Source: Albugo candida (Eukaryota). From it: 64,000 nucleotides of DNA. This document shows, in pieces, positions 35,502 to 48,694 of the stretch. The position numbers and the translations under genes were made by a program. Within the stretch, counting starts at the first letter, position 1. Every line of letters begins with the position of its first letter. The stretch covers positions 1 to 64,000 of the forward strand of contig JBDOQK010000048.1 of assembly GCA_040437565.1 (NCBI GenBank). Reading direction: 5' to 3'. The notes beneath the pieces are model-generated. The model ran no database searches and was not told the origin of the DNA. It worked only from the letters and a program-made list of their open reading frames with translations.

Positions 35502-37767
35502 ATGATCAGACAGTTTAGCCGCAGATCACCTACTCGTCTTGTTTTTGATATCAAGGCAATTCCTCTGCACTATTCCTTGGTCTATGGATCTTCAATACTT
35601 CATCACAGGAGGCATATCGAGACATCGTATGGAACAATCGCTAAAGTTGGTGCAAAAACGACCACAACGAGTGTTACAAAGACACATCATGCAATCATTG
35701 GTCTTCTACTTGCAGCTGGAATTAGTTTACAATATGGAGATAGAAAGAAAAATGGTGAAGAATACGAAGTGAGCTTGTTTGGTAAAATCGCTGAATGTTG
35801 TGGCATCATGGGCGTTGTTGGGAAATCTGGAAACGCGTCCAACTTTCTACTGGAAGGGGTGACGATATTACAGAATCGTGGTTATGATTCCGCAGGTATG
35901 TCCACTCAGAAAAGCATTCCGGATGAAAATGGACAGGCGCCCATTACTACAACCAAATTTGCCTCTGTTGATGGCACTGCTGATTCCATTCAATTATTGA
36001 AAAACTCCAAAGAACAGCATGACGGAAATAATGTGGGCATCGCGCACACGCGATGGGCAACCCATGGAAGTAAAACTGATCATAATGCGCATCCTCACAT
36101 GGACATGCATGGTCGTGTCTCTGTGATACATAATGGAACCTTTACAAACTACAATGAGATTAAACAAGAACTTACCAGTGAAGGCGTCATATTTGCATCG
36201 GATACTGACACTGAAGTTGCGGCACAATTAATCGGGCATTTGATGGGGGATGGTGCTGATGTATTAACTGCTACTCGTCTTGCATTATCAAGGTTAGAAG
36301 GAACGTGGGGTTTATGCATCATGGCTCGTGATGAACCGGGGAAGATTATAGTTGCTCGTAATGGATCCCCGCTGTGTATTGGATATGGCTCTAACGAAAT
36401 GTATGTTGCATCAGAAACAACAGCTTTCTCCCGATACACCAAACGTTTTATTTCATTAAAAGATGGTGAGCTTGCTGTATTAAAGTCCGACTCCGCGGAG
36501 CTAGATCCTGTGGACGAAAAAGAAGGCTTTCTTCAGCGCTTTCCCACCAGTCGATATGCAACGGCACCAGATGTCAAAGTTCGATTGGCACCAACACCGT
36601 ATCCGCATTGGACGATCCGAGAAATCATGGAGCAACCTAAAGCTGTCGCAGCGGCTCTTGGGTATGGTGGCCGTGTGAGTGTGGATCATGTCTTCTTGGG
36701 GGGGTTAGAAGCAGAGAAAGAACGAATGCTCAAGATCAAAAATCTGCTTATTGCGGCTTGTGGAACTTCGCTGTATGCGAGCAAGTATGTTTGTCCGATA
36801 TTTATGCTGATTTATAAAATGCTGACGAGTGATACAATGTAGATACGGTGCCAAGTTGATGCGATCGTTAAATGCTTTTGATAATGTCAGCGCAGAAGAT
36901 GCATCTGAATGCACACCTGATCGATTACCCAGAAAAAAAGCAGGCGTCCTAGTTGTCTCACAATCGGGTGAAACACTGGACGCTGTCCGTGTATTGAAAA
37001 TGGTAGAAGACTTGCCAGTCGAATTCCCGACATTTTCAGTTGTGAATGCAGTCGGATCTCTGATAGCTAGAACAACAAAATGTGGCGTATATCTTAATGC
37101 TGGTCGCGAGAATGCTGTGGCAAGCACAAAAGCATTTGTGACTCAAGTGACAGTGATGGGATTGATTGCGTGCTGGTTTGCACAGAATCGGCCTGAAGGA
37201 AACCACACAAAAATGGATGAATTGATACAGTCAATGCACCGACTTCCAATCGCAATCGGTATTGCGCTTCGAACTCGTCAACAATGTGAGCAGGTTGCCG
37301 AGAAACTAATGTCCTCGGAGCATCTATTTGTGCTGGGGCGCGGTTATGGTGAGCCAATTGCGTATGAAGGAGCGCTCAAAATCAAAGAGTTATCGTACTT
37401 GCATGCAGAAGGATATCCAGGAGGTGCCTTGAAACACGGTCCTTTTGCTCTGATTGAAGACGCAAAAGATGGGAAAAATGGTGCGACTCCGATCATTTTG
37501 ATCGTCTTGGATGATGAGCACGCACAATACATGAAAACGGCGGCACAAGAAGTTCGTGCGCGAGGAGCCCATACCATTGTGATTACTGATAATGCCAAGA
37601 TGTGTGAAGGAATCGCTGACACAATCATTTCCATTCCCACAAACGGTCCAATGACTGCTCTTTTAGCTTCCGTTCCATTACAACTAATTGCGTACACATT
37701 GGCAGTAAAGAAAGGCATCAATCCCGATGTTCCAAGAAATCTTGCGAAAGCTGTAACGGTGGATTGA
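35502..37767 (+). CDS. GFA1: Glutamine--fructose-6-phosphate aminotransferase (GFAT/GlmS) with a 99-aa N-terminal extension; 2 exons, 735 aa
   Basis: CGIMG, NRGYDSAG, AHTRWATHG, HNG, SDTDTE, ACGTS, SQSGET, VASTKAF, EGALKIKE, LKHGP and C-terminal PRNLAKAVTVD. Intron 36785-36842 joins in frame (SK|YG). Confidence 0.97.
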
Positions 37768-38159
37768 TTTAGAAGACAAGGCACATATCGTGATGTTTTT
37801 ACTAAAATTCGACTGTTTACATTTTGTACTTATTTCTGTCGCCTGTTCGAATTACACGACACTCTGTACCGTACCGCGTAGTAATAGTGCCCAGGTGCAT
37901 CTCTATTGCACTTGGACCGTAATAACCACTCCAAACGAACCTTGATAGCATGGATGAGATTACGTGCGTAACACAACCATAAACAGCAGATGATTTATGC
38001 AGTTCGACTCACTGAAATGTAGCTCAAGGCATTACATCCCATTCGTTTCACGCAGTATAATTTTGACAAGTACAAGACAGATTCGGAGCAAAGCTAGCTC
38101 CTCATTTTTAGAATAGGATTGGCGAAGCTGTTAGCCAGCTCGATTAAGTATCAGCGGAA

Positions 38160-39238
38160 ATGGTGCACCCAAATCAAAATCAATTTTCAGGATGGGTGTA
38201 CAAACAAGGAGCTATAGTTAAGACGTGGAAGCGGCGATTCATGGTCTTAAACGGAACCGAACTGAAATATTACAATTCTTCTTCATCAATGAAGACAGAA
38301 GAAAAGGGAAGTGTACAAATCCTTTCAGTCGAAATGAGCGGCTCCATCCAAAATGGACTTATCGTTTACGGCAAAGGAGGTCGCGTGCTAAAAATGTACA
38401 CTGAATCTTTCGTGCTCAACAAAGAGTGGTTTAAAGTGATAACACGGGTGATCTGTACATTGGAGAGTCACTCCGTCATTACTGAACCACAAAACAACCA
38501 GAGAGTGGAAATCAATAATGCGTTTGATTCGATGATACGGGTCAGTTTCGATTCGACAAGAACTTCGACTGAACCGGAGATCCGCTATTCAGGTTGGTTG
38601 TTCAAGCAAGGTGGTCGCGTGAAAAACTGGAAGCGAAGGTACTTTTTGTTGCGAGGGGATGTTCTATNNNNNNNNNNNNNNNNNNNNNNNNNNNNNNNNN
38701 NNNNNNNNNNNNNNNNNNNNNNNNNNNNNNNNNNNNNNNNNNNNNNNNNNNNNNNNNNNNNNNNNNNATACGGGTCAGTTTCGATTCGACAAGAACTTCG
38801 ACTGAACCGGAGATCCGCTATTCAGGTTGGTTGGTCAAGCAAGGTGGTCGCGTGAAAAACTGGAAGCGAAGGTACTTTTTGTTGCGAGGGGATGTTCTAT
38901 CGTATTTCGATACAGAAAGTACCGGTGCAGTGGCAAAAGGATTCGGTCACGTTATTCATTCTCAAATACTCTCAAGTAAAACGAATTGCTTAGAAATCCA
39001 ATTCAGAAACGGCAGAACACTTCACGTCATTGCGGCGTCACAGAAATTGGTTCAAGAATGGCTGCATATACTTTGTGATGTAGCAACGGCGCACAGCAGA
39101 GATGATTCTAAACTTGCGAATGTTCAGCATTTTGGCGATAGCCAGCATCAGCCGGATAAAAGTGAGACCCTTGCTTATTACGCGACAAGAGTGTTGCCTT
39201 GTCAAATCGAATCAGACAGAGTTGGATACTGGATTTGA
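38160..39238 (+). CDS. Tandem (two) PH-domain protein; apparent break is a gap artefact
   Basis: SGWVYKQGAIVKTWKRRF and SGWLxKQGGRVKNWKRRYF. 38534-38667 is repeated at 38768-38901 across the N gap, and collapsing it gives one ORF. Confidence 0.88.
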
Positions 39239-39362
39239 TTCATGAGCCGTTATTGTATCAGTGATTTTAGATGTTTTGATTGGCTTATTGCATGATAGTT
39301 AAGACCAATACCATCCTGTATAGAGAACTGCAAGAATTGATTCGTCTGTAGTAGACGCTATC

Positions 39363-40890
39363 ATGATAAGGACTCGCCGATGCCCTTGCAAACAACCGGT
39401 ACTTTTAAGGCTCGGATCAGTTGCGTGCCGTGACTTGAGATCGTTTTCTGACTTCGCTCGAAACTCAAATGTTGAACCTAGTATTTCTCCCGATTTTAAT
39501 GACATTATCTATCAGCAAGATGCTGGCTTGCGAATCGTAAAACTGAATCGACCAGAAGCTTTAAATGCGCTTTCCATTCCGATGATTGATCATCTCTACG
39601 GAAGATTCAAAAAATTTGAGAAAAACTGGACGATAAATGCAGTTATTCTCTCTGGAATGGGTGAGCGTGCGTTTTGCGCAGGAGGCGACATTAGGGCACT
39701 ATACGAACAGGGGAAGAATGAAGCAACACGCCATCTGGTATCGCATGAGAATGTATCATTATTTTGTATATTTCTCATCACATTATTCCATGCAAGGGGA
39801 AAAACTTTTTTCGACGAGAGTACGAGCTAAACTACTTTCTCGCCACCACTGAGATGCCGATCATATCTTTTCTAAACGGTATCACAATGGGTGGAGGTGC
39901 CGGCATATCGATGCATGGAAAATTTGTGGTTGCGACTGAAAAAACAGTTTTCGCCATGCCAGAAACAGCGATTGGTTTCTTCCCAGATGTCGGTAGCTCC
40001 TACTTATTACCACGTCTTGGTCGACGTTTGGTAGAAGGTGAACATTATAAAGCAGATGTTGGAAAATCGGCTGCCATGGAGGGACAAGGAGTAGGATATT
40101 ACGATTGACATGACTTGATAGTTTTAACGACGTGATGAACTATAGCTAGGGACATTCTTGGCACTTACTGGAGAGCGTCTCAAGGGCCCCGAGGTTATTG
40201 GGTTTGGTTTAGCAACACACTATATGGAGTCCAATGTGTATGATAATTTAATGCATCATCTAACTGGTTTCGACTTTCCAAATGACATGCCACAAGAAGA
40301 GCGAGATGAAGCTCTACATGAAGCACTTGAAGAATTCGAGACTGAAGACGCACAACAAGATATTGACTCGGGTTCGCCCATTGCTATTCTGGGATAAAGT
40401 TTTTGTTCTTAATTGATATCTCAGAGTACTTACAAACGGTCGAGTCCATATTCGGAGCGAAGAATTCTGATGACACGATGGAAGGAATCTTTTCTCGTCT
40501 CAAGGTTATTATGCTGAAGTCTTGTAATTTGAGGCTGACTAAAATCTGCTGTAGAGCCACAATTCAGAATGGTCAAAGACCACGCTCGCGACACTGCAAA
40601 AAATGTCGCCGCTGAGTCTAAAAGTGACACTGGAACTGATGCGGGAGGGTGCGCAAAAGTCATGTGAAGATTGTTTTCAAATGGAGTACCGTATTGCATC
40701 CCGCATGTTGACGAAATCAGATATGATGGAAGGCATCCGTTCGATGATCATCGATAAAGATCGCAATCCGAAATGGACGCATGGAAGCGTTGACGACGTC
40801 AAAAGAGAAGACGTCTTAGGTTATTTCAATGCACTCGAGAACGAAGAGGAATTAGTTTTGGGTTTGACACAAGACAATGAATATAAGTAA
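39363..40890 (+). CDS. HIBCH: 3-hydroxyisobutyryl-CoA hydrolase, mitochondrial (crotonase family), multi-exon
   Basis: [77 protein letters not shown]. Arg-rich leader and short GT-AG introns. Confidence 0.93.
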
Positions 40891-41047
40891 AAAGTATTGC
40901 ACGGCAATTTCTGGCAGTCTGCTTAATATAAGTCGTATGTCCCGTATTCCCAATTGGGATTGTTATAAATACAATTGAACTGGGACGACATTGGTGATGG
41001 AAAATTGAATAACACCTGCGCGTGAAGGTCAATTTTGGCAACTTCTA

Positions 41048-43278
41048 ATGTATACGGGCTTTGATCAGATTTGTGACGCATTCGGATCCGAGAGTTTCAC
41101 CGAAATCAGTAATGTCTCGAGAGCACAAACCTTGTGTCTTGAAGGAGTGAGCGCGGACGAAAATGCAAACATTTCAAAAGATGACCCAGTAAGCAATACA
41201 GACGTTTCGGAGAAATTGAATGCCAAGAGTAGCGCTTTAGTACATTCTGAATGTACAGCTCGAACCGAAAAGCATGTGCATGTCCCAGCGGATGAAGAAA
41301 CGGTGAGTATTATCACACCAACCTCCAAAGAGCATTCCTTCAGGATAAGTAGAAATCTCACTTTTCAGCAATTACTAATCGATGCGGCTTCCTATTGGAG
41401 TTTACCCGCATCGCAGGTTGTGCTTCGTGACGGTAAAGGAGGTATATGGCCGCATAGCGAGTCTGTTATGGTGACACTGGCTGCAAAGCGAAATAGGAAG
41501 ATTAAAGTGATACTCGACATCAGACAGACCAGTTGGGCATCTACTTTTGCACATCTTGAGGAAGCATGTAACAGCAAACGAGACCAAATTGAACCATTTC
41601 CTAAATCATTACCTATATCAAACGCTTCTTCTACTTTGTATAAAGATTTGTGGGGTATTTTCACATTTTACTGCGTACAAGGAGGCGACTTGCAGGTGGA
41701 TCTCATGAAGGCACATCAGTTTACAAAGCTGCTGCAGGATTGCCAATTGCTGAACAAAGTTGTCAAGCTCGAAATTATGTCGATAATCTACAACGGCGAG
41801 ATCAATGGCAAAGTGCAACTTAATTTCGAAGAGTTTTTGAATCTGATTTCGAGAATTGCAAAATTGGCAATAACAAAGAAATTGAAATGCATTCAAGGGT
41901 GCAAGAAAGAGGAGGAAGCAGTATATCAATTGGTGGTTGATCATATATTGCCTAAAGCTTGTCGATGGCCACAAGAAGAGTGGGAGGTCAGTACGATCAA
42001 AATTCATCAGAGAGAAGTCATAGTGTTTTTCTTTGGGCATTTGAAAGCATTGCTTGCAATATTCATATTCTACGCTCGATCATATCATAAGAATCCTGCG
42101 ACAGGTGTGCGTGAGTTTTACATGTCATACCAAAACTTCCAGCGTTTTATCAATGATTTTCTATTCGCCAAACTTCAGCTATCAACAGTGAGTTGTGCGC
42201 AGATTTTTCTTGCAGCTTGTTGCAGCCGTCCTTTCCACGTGCCAATATACCATACCGTCGATAAAGATACAAAGATGCTGGATCCAGAGTCAAGCAGCAT
42301 AAAAGCATTTGTCGCTACAAAAGACGTGGAAGAGACTCGAATTGCCACTATTCGAGATTTGATTTCAACCTCGGGAGTTGTTGTTGCTTACACATTTCCC
42401 GCATCTCTGGAGAACAGGGCAACCTGTATGGGATTTTCAGCGTTCATCGATTTTCTTGGTCGTGCAAGTCTTACCGCATACACGAAATCGGACACTATCT
42501 CGTGTGTCAAAGCTCTCATCCATCATGTATGCAGTGAAGCTACACACGCACGTGTGATGGAGATTATTGAAAATCATGGTAGCTCTTGTGTACATGCAAA
42601 TACCTTCTACATGGGCACAGCCGCACTCAAANNNNNNNNNNNNNNNNNNNNNNNNNNNNNNNNNNNNNNNNNNNNNNNNNNNNNNNNNNNNNNNNNNNNN
42701 NNNNNNNNNNNNNNNNNNNNNNNNNNNNNNNAACCTCGGGAGTTGTTGTTGCTTACACATTTCCCGCATCTCTGGAGAACAGGGCAACCTGTATGGGATT
42801 TTCAGCGTTCATCGATTTTCTTGGTCGTGCAAGTCTTACCGCATACACGAAATCGGACACTATCTCGTGTGTCAAAGCTCTCATCCATCATGTATGCAGT
42901 GAAGCTACACACGCACGTGTGATGGAGATTATTGAAAATCATGGTAGCTCTTGTGTACATGCAAATACCTTCTACATGGGCACAGCCGCACTCAAATCAA
43001 AGTTTTTCAAAGCGTGGAAAGAAGAAGGTTTTCCCGACTACCTGGCCGCGAACGTTGATGTTGCGCGTCGTCCGGAAAGGGCGGTGCACAGGAAGGCAAG
43101 ATTATTGCATCAACGGGCAGCGATGGGTAAAAATTTAGCCATAACATCTTTTCAATACGATAGNNNNNNNNNNNNNNNNNNNNNNNNNNNNNNNNNNNNN
43201 NNNNNNNNNNNNNNNNNNNNNNNNNNNNNNNNNNNNNNNNNNNNNNNNNNNNNNNNNNNNNNNGTGAAGAACTCCTAA
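41048..43278 (+). CDS. Hypothetical protein with a ubiquitin-like segment and p25alpha/EF-hand-like repeats; 3' end obscured by a gap
   Basis: Long ORF with IFTFYC...MKAHQFTKLLQDCQLL...LNFEEFLNLISRIA and a second IFIFYA...MSYQNFQRFINDF unit. 42366-42631 is repeated at 42732-42996 across a gap. Confidence 0.65.
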
Positions 43279-43440
43279 ACTTACGCATAAAGCGAACGAG
43301 TCTAGCAGGTATTCAGTTTATATGTTTGCCAAGGTACGACTCCATTTCGGGTATCAATATCTCGATCACACACGACAACGAAAAATCTATAGTTCCTGCT
43401 CGCAAAAAGCTAAAAGCACTCGTAATCCTGATCGAATATC

Positions 43441-45773
43441 ATGGGTAAGTCAGCATGTAGCTAGTTGAATCACGTTTCCCTTCTAATTGGAAAGCATGCA
43501 ATTACTTTTTACCAGTGGAAGAAGAAGAGATTCATCCCTTGAAACTTTTGATGGAAGATATGAGTAGCGACGAGCCAGAAACAAGAATCAATTCAATGAG
43601 AAAGCTTAAAACGGTTGCGCAAGCTCTTGGTCATGATCGAACGCGCTGCGAGTTGATTCCCTTTCTTCGGGGTATGCTGACCAATAAACCAAAAAGCTTT
43701 GCATTCTCAGAGTAATGTTCTTGTAGATTCGACCGATAATGATGATGAAATACTTGTTGCTCTTGCTGAAGAAGTTGGCGATTTTGTGGACCTTGTGGGT
43801 GGTCCCGCTCACGCAGCGATTTTGGTGGATCCACTTGAGGTGCTCGCAGGGATTGAAGAAACTGTCGTACGCGATCGAGTATGTCATTGATGATTGAGAA
43901 TTTCGATAACATGAGGTTAAAACATCGTTCAGGCAGTACAATCCTTACAGAAAGTCATAAAAGCAGTACCAAATGTTGGGGAAGTGATGGTTCCACTACT
44001 GAGAAGATTGGTCGAAGGCGATTGGTTCACGTCCCGTGTGTCTGCTTGCTCTCTATTCGCTCCAATTTATTCGCGTCTGGTGGATGTAGGACAAAAGAAG
44101 CAAGTAAGAGAGTACGTGAAGCTCTGACATACTTGGGTGTGTTAATAACTAATTCTGTACTGCGCAGACTATTCAGTGTTGCCTGCAGTGATGAAACACC
44201 AATGGTGCGTCGGGCAGCTGCATCAAATATTGGAGTAAGAATTGTTCTTGATCAGAGAGTACTCAAACTCAGCTACATGTTTTTTATTTCAGAAAGTTGC
44301 AGCCAATGTAGAGCAGGAATTCGTGGTCACCCTGATTGTCCAGCTATTCAAGACACTAACCTCTGATGACCAAGATAGTGTTCGTCTGCTAGCGATTGAA
44401 AACTGCGCGGCAATCGCTGAACTGTTATCTCCTGAAGAGAATCAACAGCATATATTACCGGTTGTTAAAACTTCCGCGGAAGATCGATCTTGGCGAGTTC
44501 GATATAGTATTGCGAAAGATTTCTTCCCGGTCTGTTTGGCAGTGTTCTTCCCTAGCAACCTTTAGTCATGGTGAGATTTGTTTGATGCATGTTGTAGCTT
44601 TCAAGAGCCATGGGATCCCAGATTACAGAGAGTGAATTGCTGCATTGCTTCACCACACTTCTTCAAGTCAGTTCACAAAGTATTTGTACCTGGCTTGTGA
44701 TTGACATGTTTTTAGGATACCGAAGCCGAAGTGAGAGCTGCGAGCGCAAAAAACATACCAGGGTACATCACGATTGTCAAATATGACTTATTCAACAATG
44801 AGGTCATACCTTTGCTCTCAAATCTGGCACAAGATACTGCACCAAATGTTCGAAGTACGTCTTGCGTAATGCCGTTTTGAAACACGAATGACAAACTTGA
44901 TAATGATAAGCTGCCGTATCGATTTCCTGTATGGAACTTGCACCAAAGCTTGGAGAAGCAGCTTCGAAAACTTCTTTGTCACCAATGTTGCTTCTCTTTC
45001 TCCGAGACGAGGTTGTGGATGTACGTCTCAACATTCTGAAACGTATGGAAAATCTGGCGCCATGGATGTCGTCGTTCGAAGACGTGTTTCTACCAGCTAT
45101 AGCCGATCTTGCTAGGGATTTACAATGGAGGGTACGCGAAGCGGTCGTCTTGTCTATTCCTTCATTGGTGGGATCTCTGGTGGGTGTGAGTTATTGGAAT
45201 TTCTTGTACGTTTTGTTATAATGCAGTCTTGATTTAGGGAACGCAATATTTCCAAGAGCATTTACTTGATATCTATTTGAATGCTTATTCCGATATGGTT
45301 GGCGAAGTTCGTCTGAGTGCGACTAAAATTCTTCCACAACTTGTGAATACAGCTGGAAATGAGTTTATGTTGCAACATGTTCTTCCACGACTGACCGCGA
45401 TCTTGGAAAAGTCGATCATTTATCAAGAACGAGTTAATGTTTTGCATGCTCTTGAACAACTCGCCTCGGAAAGCGCATCAGGAGAACTACTGAACGGCTC
45501 TATAACACTGGCGATACACGGAGCGCAAGTAAAATCCCGAATGTCAGATTCGTTGCCTCGAAAACTCTGAAAGAGCTTAGCAAACACACCGATGCGACCG
45601 TGATTGCAACACAAGTCAGGTATAATCAATATTGTGGCGATTGCCATATTAATCAGACCAAAAGGCTGATTCTATTTTCAATTGTGGATAGGCCGTGTCT
45701 CATGGAGCTGCTCAACGATGCGGATACCGATGTAAAGTATTATTCTTCAGTAGCTCTAGATGCGGTACAATGA
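43441..45773 (+). CDS. PPP2R1A: Protein phosphatase 2A scaffold A subunit (HEAT repeats), many short introns
   Basis: ALGHDRTRCELIPFL, DDEILVALAEE, EETVVRD, DWFTSRVSAC, DETPMVRRAAA, DDQDSVRLLA, DRSWRVRY, WRVREA, DTDVKYYS. First coding exon is ATGG (43441-43444), then intron 43445-43515. Confidence 0.96.
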
Positions 45774-45860
45774 TAAAAAAAGAGTTTCTATTGAAGAATC
45801 TTTCTGCCTTTGTATATACAAGCAATACGAATGTTGACGTGCGGGCCCTGAACCTGGTCT

Positions 45861-46583
45861 CTACGCGGCGTGAAAATACGGCATTACTATCTTCTCAATG
45901 AAATACCGATGCCAGCGATCATCTTGTGTGAGTTCTGGGTGGAACGCGGTGACCAGAATGTTCTCCTACGTGGAATTGTTAGAAACGAATCAATTTTGTA
46001 ATTGCTTTACCTTGCGAGCTGAGATTATAACATCACTCGGATCTGACTTGTCCTCTGGAGTACCGCTAAGTCTGGACAAAATTTGTATTTTATCAGCACT
46101 GTTCTCATCGATGGATACAATAGCAGGTGCTCGAATAAATATCGCTTTGTACGGCTCTGTATTGAACTCTGGCGGTCCATCAATGTACTTTTCAAAGCTT
46201 CGGATCTGAGCACCAAAAAAATTGCGCGAAATCTGGACTTTTAATCCGCCGATGAGGTTTTGACCACCCTCTTCGCTGTGCTTTGCATCCTCACACAGCA
46301 TAATCATACCAGCGCAAGTTCCCCAAATAGGTTTGCTGTTTACAAGAGTCCAATTGCGCAGAGAGTCGAGTAAGTTGCATTCGGCTGCGAGTTTGCCAAT
46401 CGTGGTGCTTTCCCCACCTGGAAGAATAATCGCATCGAGCGATTCGATCTCTTCTGGTAGACGAACTTCGATAAGGTCTAATGTATAGTTGTTCTGCGTC
46501 TTTTCCAGTTGCTTCAGTATCTCAATATGTTCTTTAAATGACCCTTGTAAGGCTAGTACACCAACACGAAGCTTTGGTGTCAT
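45861..46583 (-). CDS. PDX2: Pyridoxal 5'-phosphate synthase glutaminase subunit (PDX2/SNO/PdxT), 2 exons
   Basis: [35 protein letters not shown]. Intron 45966-46010, then [10 protein letters not shown] completes the Cys-His-Glu triad. Confidence 0.95.
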
Positions 46584-46651
46584 TTGCTTGCAGAAGTTTA
46601 TACGATATACTGATTTATTTATTGGTTTTGAAAGCTTTATCGCTTGATAAA

Positions 46652-48588
46652 ATGGCTTCGGATGCGTACTTGCGCTCCCAATATGAGGTTTTGTGTTCAA
46701 TGCAAGCCTAAAATTGCTTTGGCTTCACTTGATCTGATTACACCCTTCAGGCTTTATTGAAAGAAAACAAATTGCTGAAGCAAAATGTCGATGTGCTGGA
46801 TCGTGAAAACTATGATCTTAAGCGCTCAGTTTATGAATTAAGCCTCAAGTATAAAGCAAAAAAGCTCGGTTCTGTCTGACGAACTGAGCGTCTTTGCATT
46901 ATTCAGAGTGGATGCTGTCCAAAACGCTCTGCTTAAAGTCACTGGACGTTTAGGGGGCAAAGCTGCGACGTCAGTCTCAAGTGGAAATGGTACGAATGTT
47001 ACGCATGTACCGCGCATTGCGTCCGATGCATTAGAACCTTTTCAAGTCAAAAATTTGTTAACTTCCAACCCTTTGGCGACGGAAAATTCACCGAGTACTT
47101 TGTTCCTCGAAGAAGATTCTGACGCAGCACGCAAGAAACAGCAAATAGGCAAAGAAGAGCAGGATGAACTTGGTGACGATCGAGTCTTCTTTGCAAAATC
47201 GGAGCTTCGGGCACATACTGGCGCTGTTTATACGGCCAAATTCTCGCCTTCAGGACGGATCTTGGCTTCCGGATCTTTGGACTGTAAAATAATGCTCTGG
47301 GATCTCACAACAAAAGCAAATCAGCAGCAAATTGCATCACTCACTCAGCATCAACAACTCGTTATCGATGTGAGCTGGTCGGACGATAGCTCCAAACTTG
47401 TATCAGCTTCTTATGACCATACGATTAAATTGTGGGATGTCGAGAAAGCAGAGCAAATAACTAGCTACAATATAGAAGGTCTTGTGCAATGCGTTTCTAT
47501 GAAGTCTACGGGTAAGCTTTCTCTGTTAATGTATCAAGATAGTCCCATTCGAGCTCTTTGGTAACAGATGACGGCCATTTTTTGTGTGGAACGAGCAAAA
47601 ATACGATTCATGAATGCGATACGCGATCTGATAACATCACTCGGTACATTTATCCCATCGATTTAGTTACCAAAACAGTAGCTTGTATCGATTGACTTAC
47701 TGATCAAAGTGCATGGAAAAATGATGCCATGATCAACACGATCTATTCATCTTTCTGCGGACAGTACTTTATCACAGGGGACAGTAAGGTGAGGAAGTAG
47801 GTTGATACGAGTAAATTGGTACTGAAGGATTATCTCAAGGGTATGATCAAGACCTGGGACGTTCGAATGGATTCTTGCATCGAAGATCTCACACGAGTGA
47901 ATGATTCCGACAATCATGCGATTTCCCACATTCACGTCTCACCCTCCGGACTTGACTCCCAAGGGAACGACGAGGATGGTCGTTTCCTAGCAGTGAATAG
48001 TTACGACAACATTTTACGCGTGTACGACCGCCGCTTTAAACTGATCAGCAGCTCACACGGACAGGATCAGCTACAGCTCTCATATGTTCTAACAGGTAAC
48101 ATCAACACGCCCGGATCGTAATCTGGTAAACGTGTTTGCTCTTAGGTCACAGAAATAAAAACTGGCCCATCAAAAGTGCCTTTTTCAGGGGTGAAGGTTA
48201 CAAGTATAAGCTGAATCTGCCGCACAGTCATCACTCGCAGAGAAAAATTGACAGTGACGCCGAAAGCTACCAAGACAGGTATGAAATTCTAACAAAAGTT
48301 GACAAGAAGCTCCCTTTCTATTTCTTAAGTGGTCATGTCGAAGCGGCTCAAGAACGCATGCTTCTCGCGACTGGGAGCGCGGATAACAAGATCTACATTC
48401 ACGACGTAAGCGTTAAGCATCCCAATGCGAAGCCGACCCCATTCCTGCTCCAAAGACTTGACGCGCACTCAGACCGTGTATATTGCGTGGATTTTCATCC
48501 AGCTGAACCCATTTTGGCTTCAGCTTCCGCAGACTCCACCATTAAGATATGGCTTCCTAAGGTAACAACTAGAAGAGTACGGAAATGA
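46652..48588 (+). CDS. WD40-repeat protein with N-terminal coiled coil, multi-exon
   Basis: AHTGAVY...LASGSLD..IMLWD, LVSASYDHTIKLWD and AHSDRVY...LASASADSTIKIW repeats. Inferred 5' exons MASDAYLRSQYE|ALLKENKLLKQN...ELSLK|VDAVQ joined by GT-AG introns. Confidence 0.88.
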
Positions 48589-48694
48589 TATACACTGATG
48601 AAAAAACTTTCACATTTAATAACCAAAAGATTGTCGGGTCGACAACCAGTAGACTCTGTGTACTTGTATCAAAAGTAGACACGAACTTTGCGGC

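Noticed and set aside
38534-38901. Apparent third PH domain or tandem duplication
   Set aside because: Near-identical sequence on both sides of a 100-N gap indicates unmerged contig overlap.
42366-42996. Internal ~265-bp repeat and frameshift in the hypothetical gene
   Set aside because: Identical copies flank a 100-N gap, so an assembly artefact.
35502-46583. GFAT and PDX2 (both glutamine amidotransferases) as a metabolic cluster or bacterial HGT island
   Set aside because: They are different enzyme classes and pathways, both contain spliceosomal introns, and unrelated eukaryotic genes separate them.
46584-46700. N-terminal extension of PDX2 in the ORF track
   Set aside because: TTG start, overlaps the inferred first WD40 exon, and PDX2 homology begins at [10 protein letters not shown] (46583).
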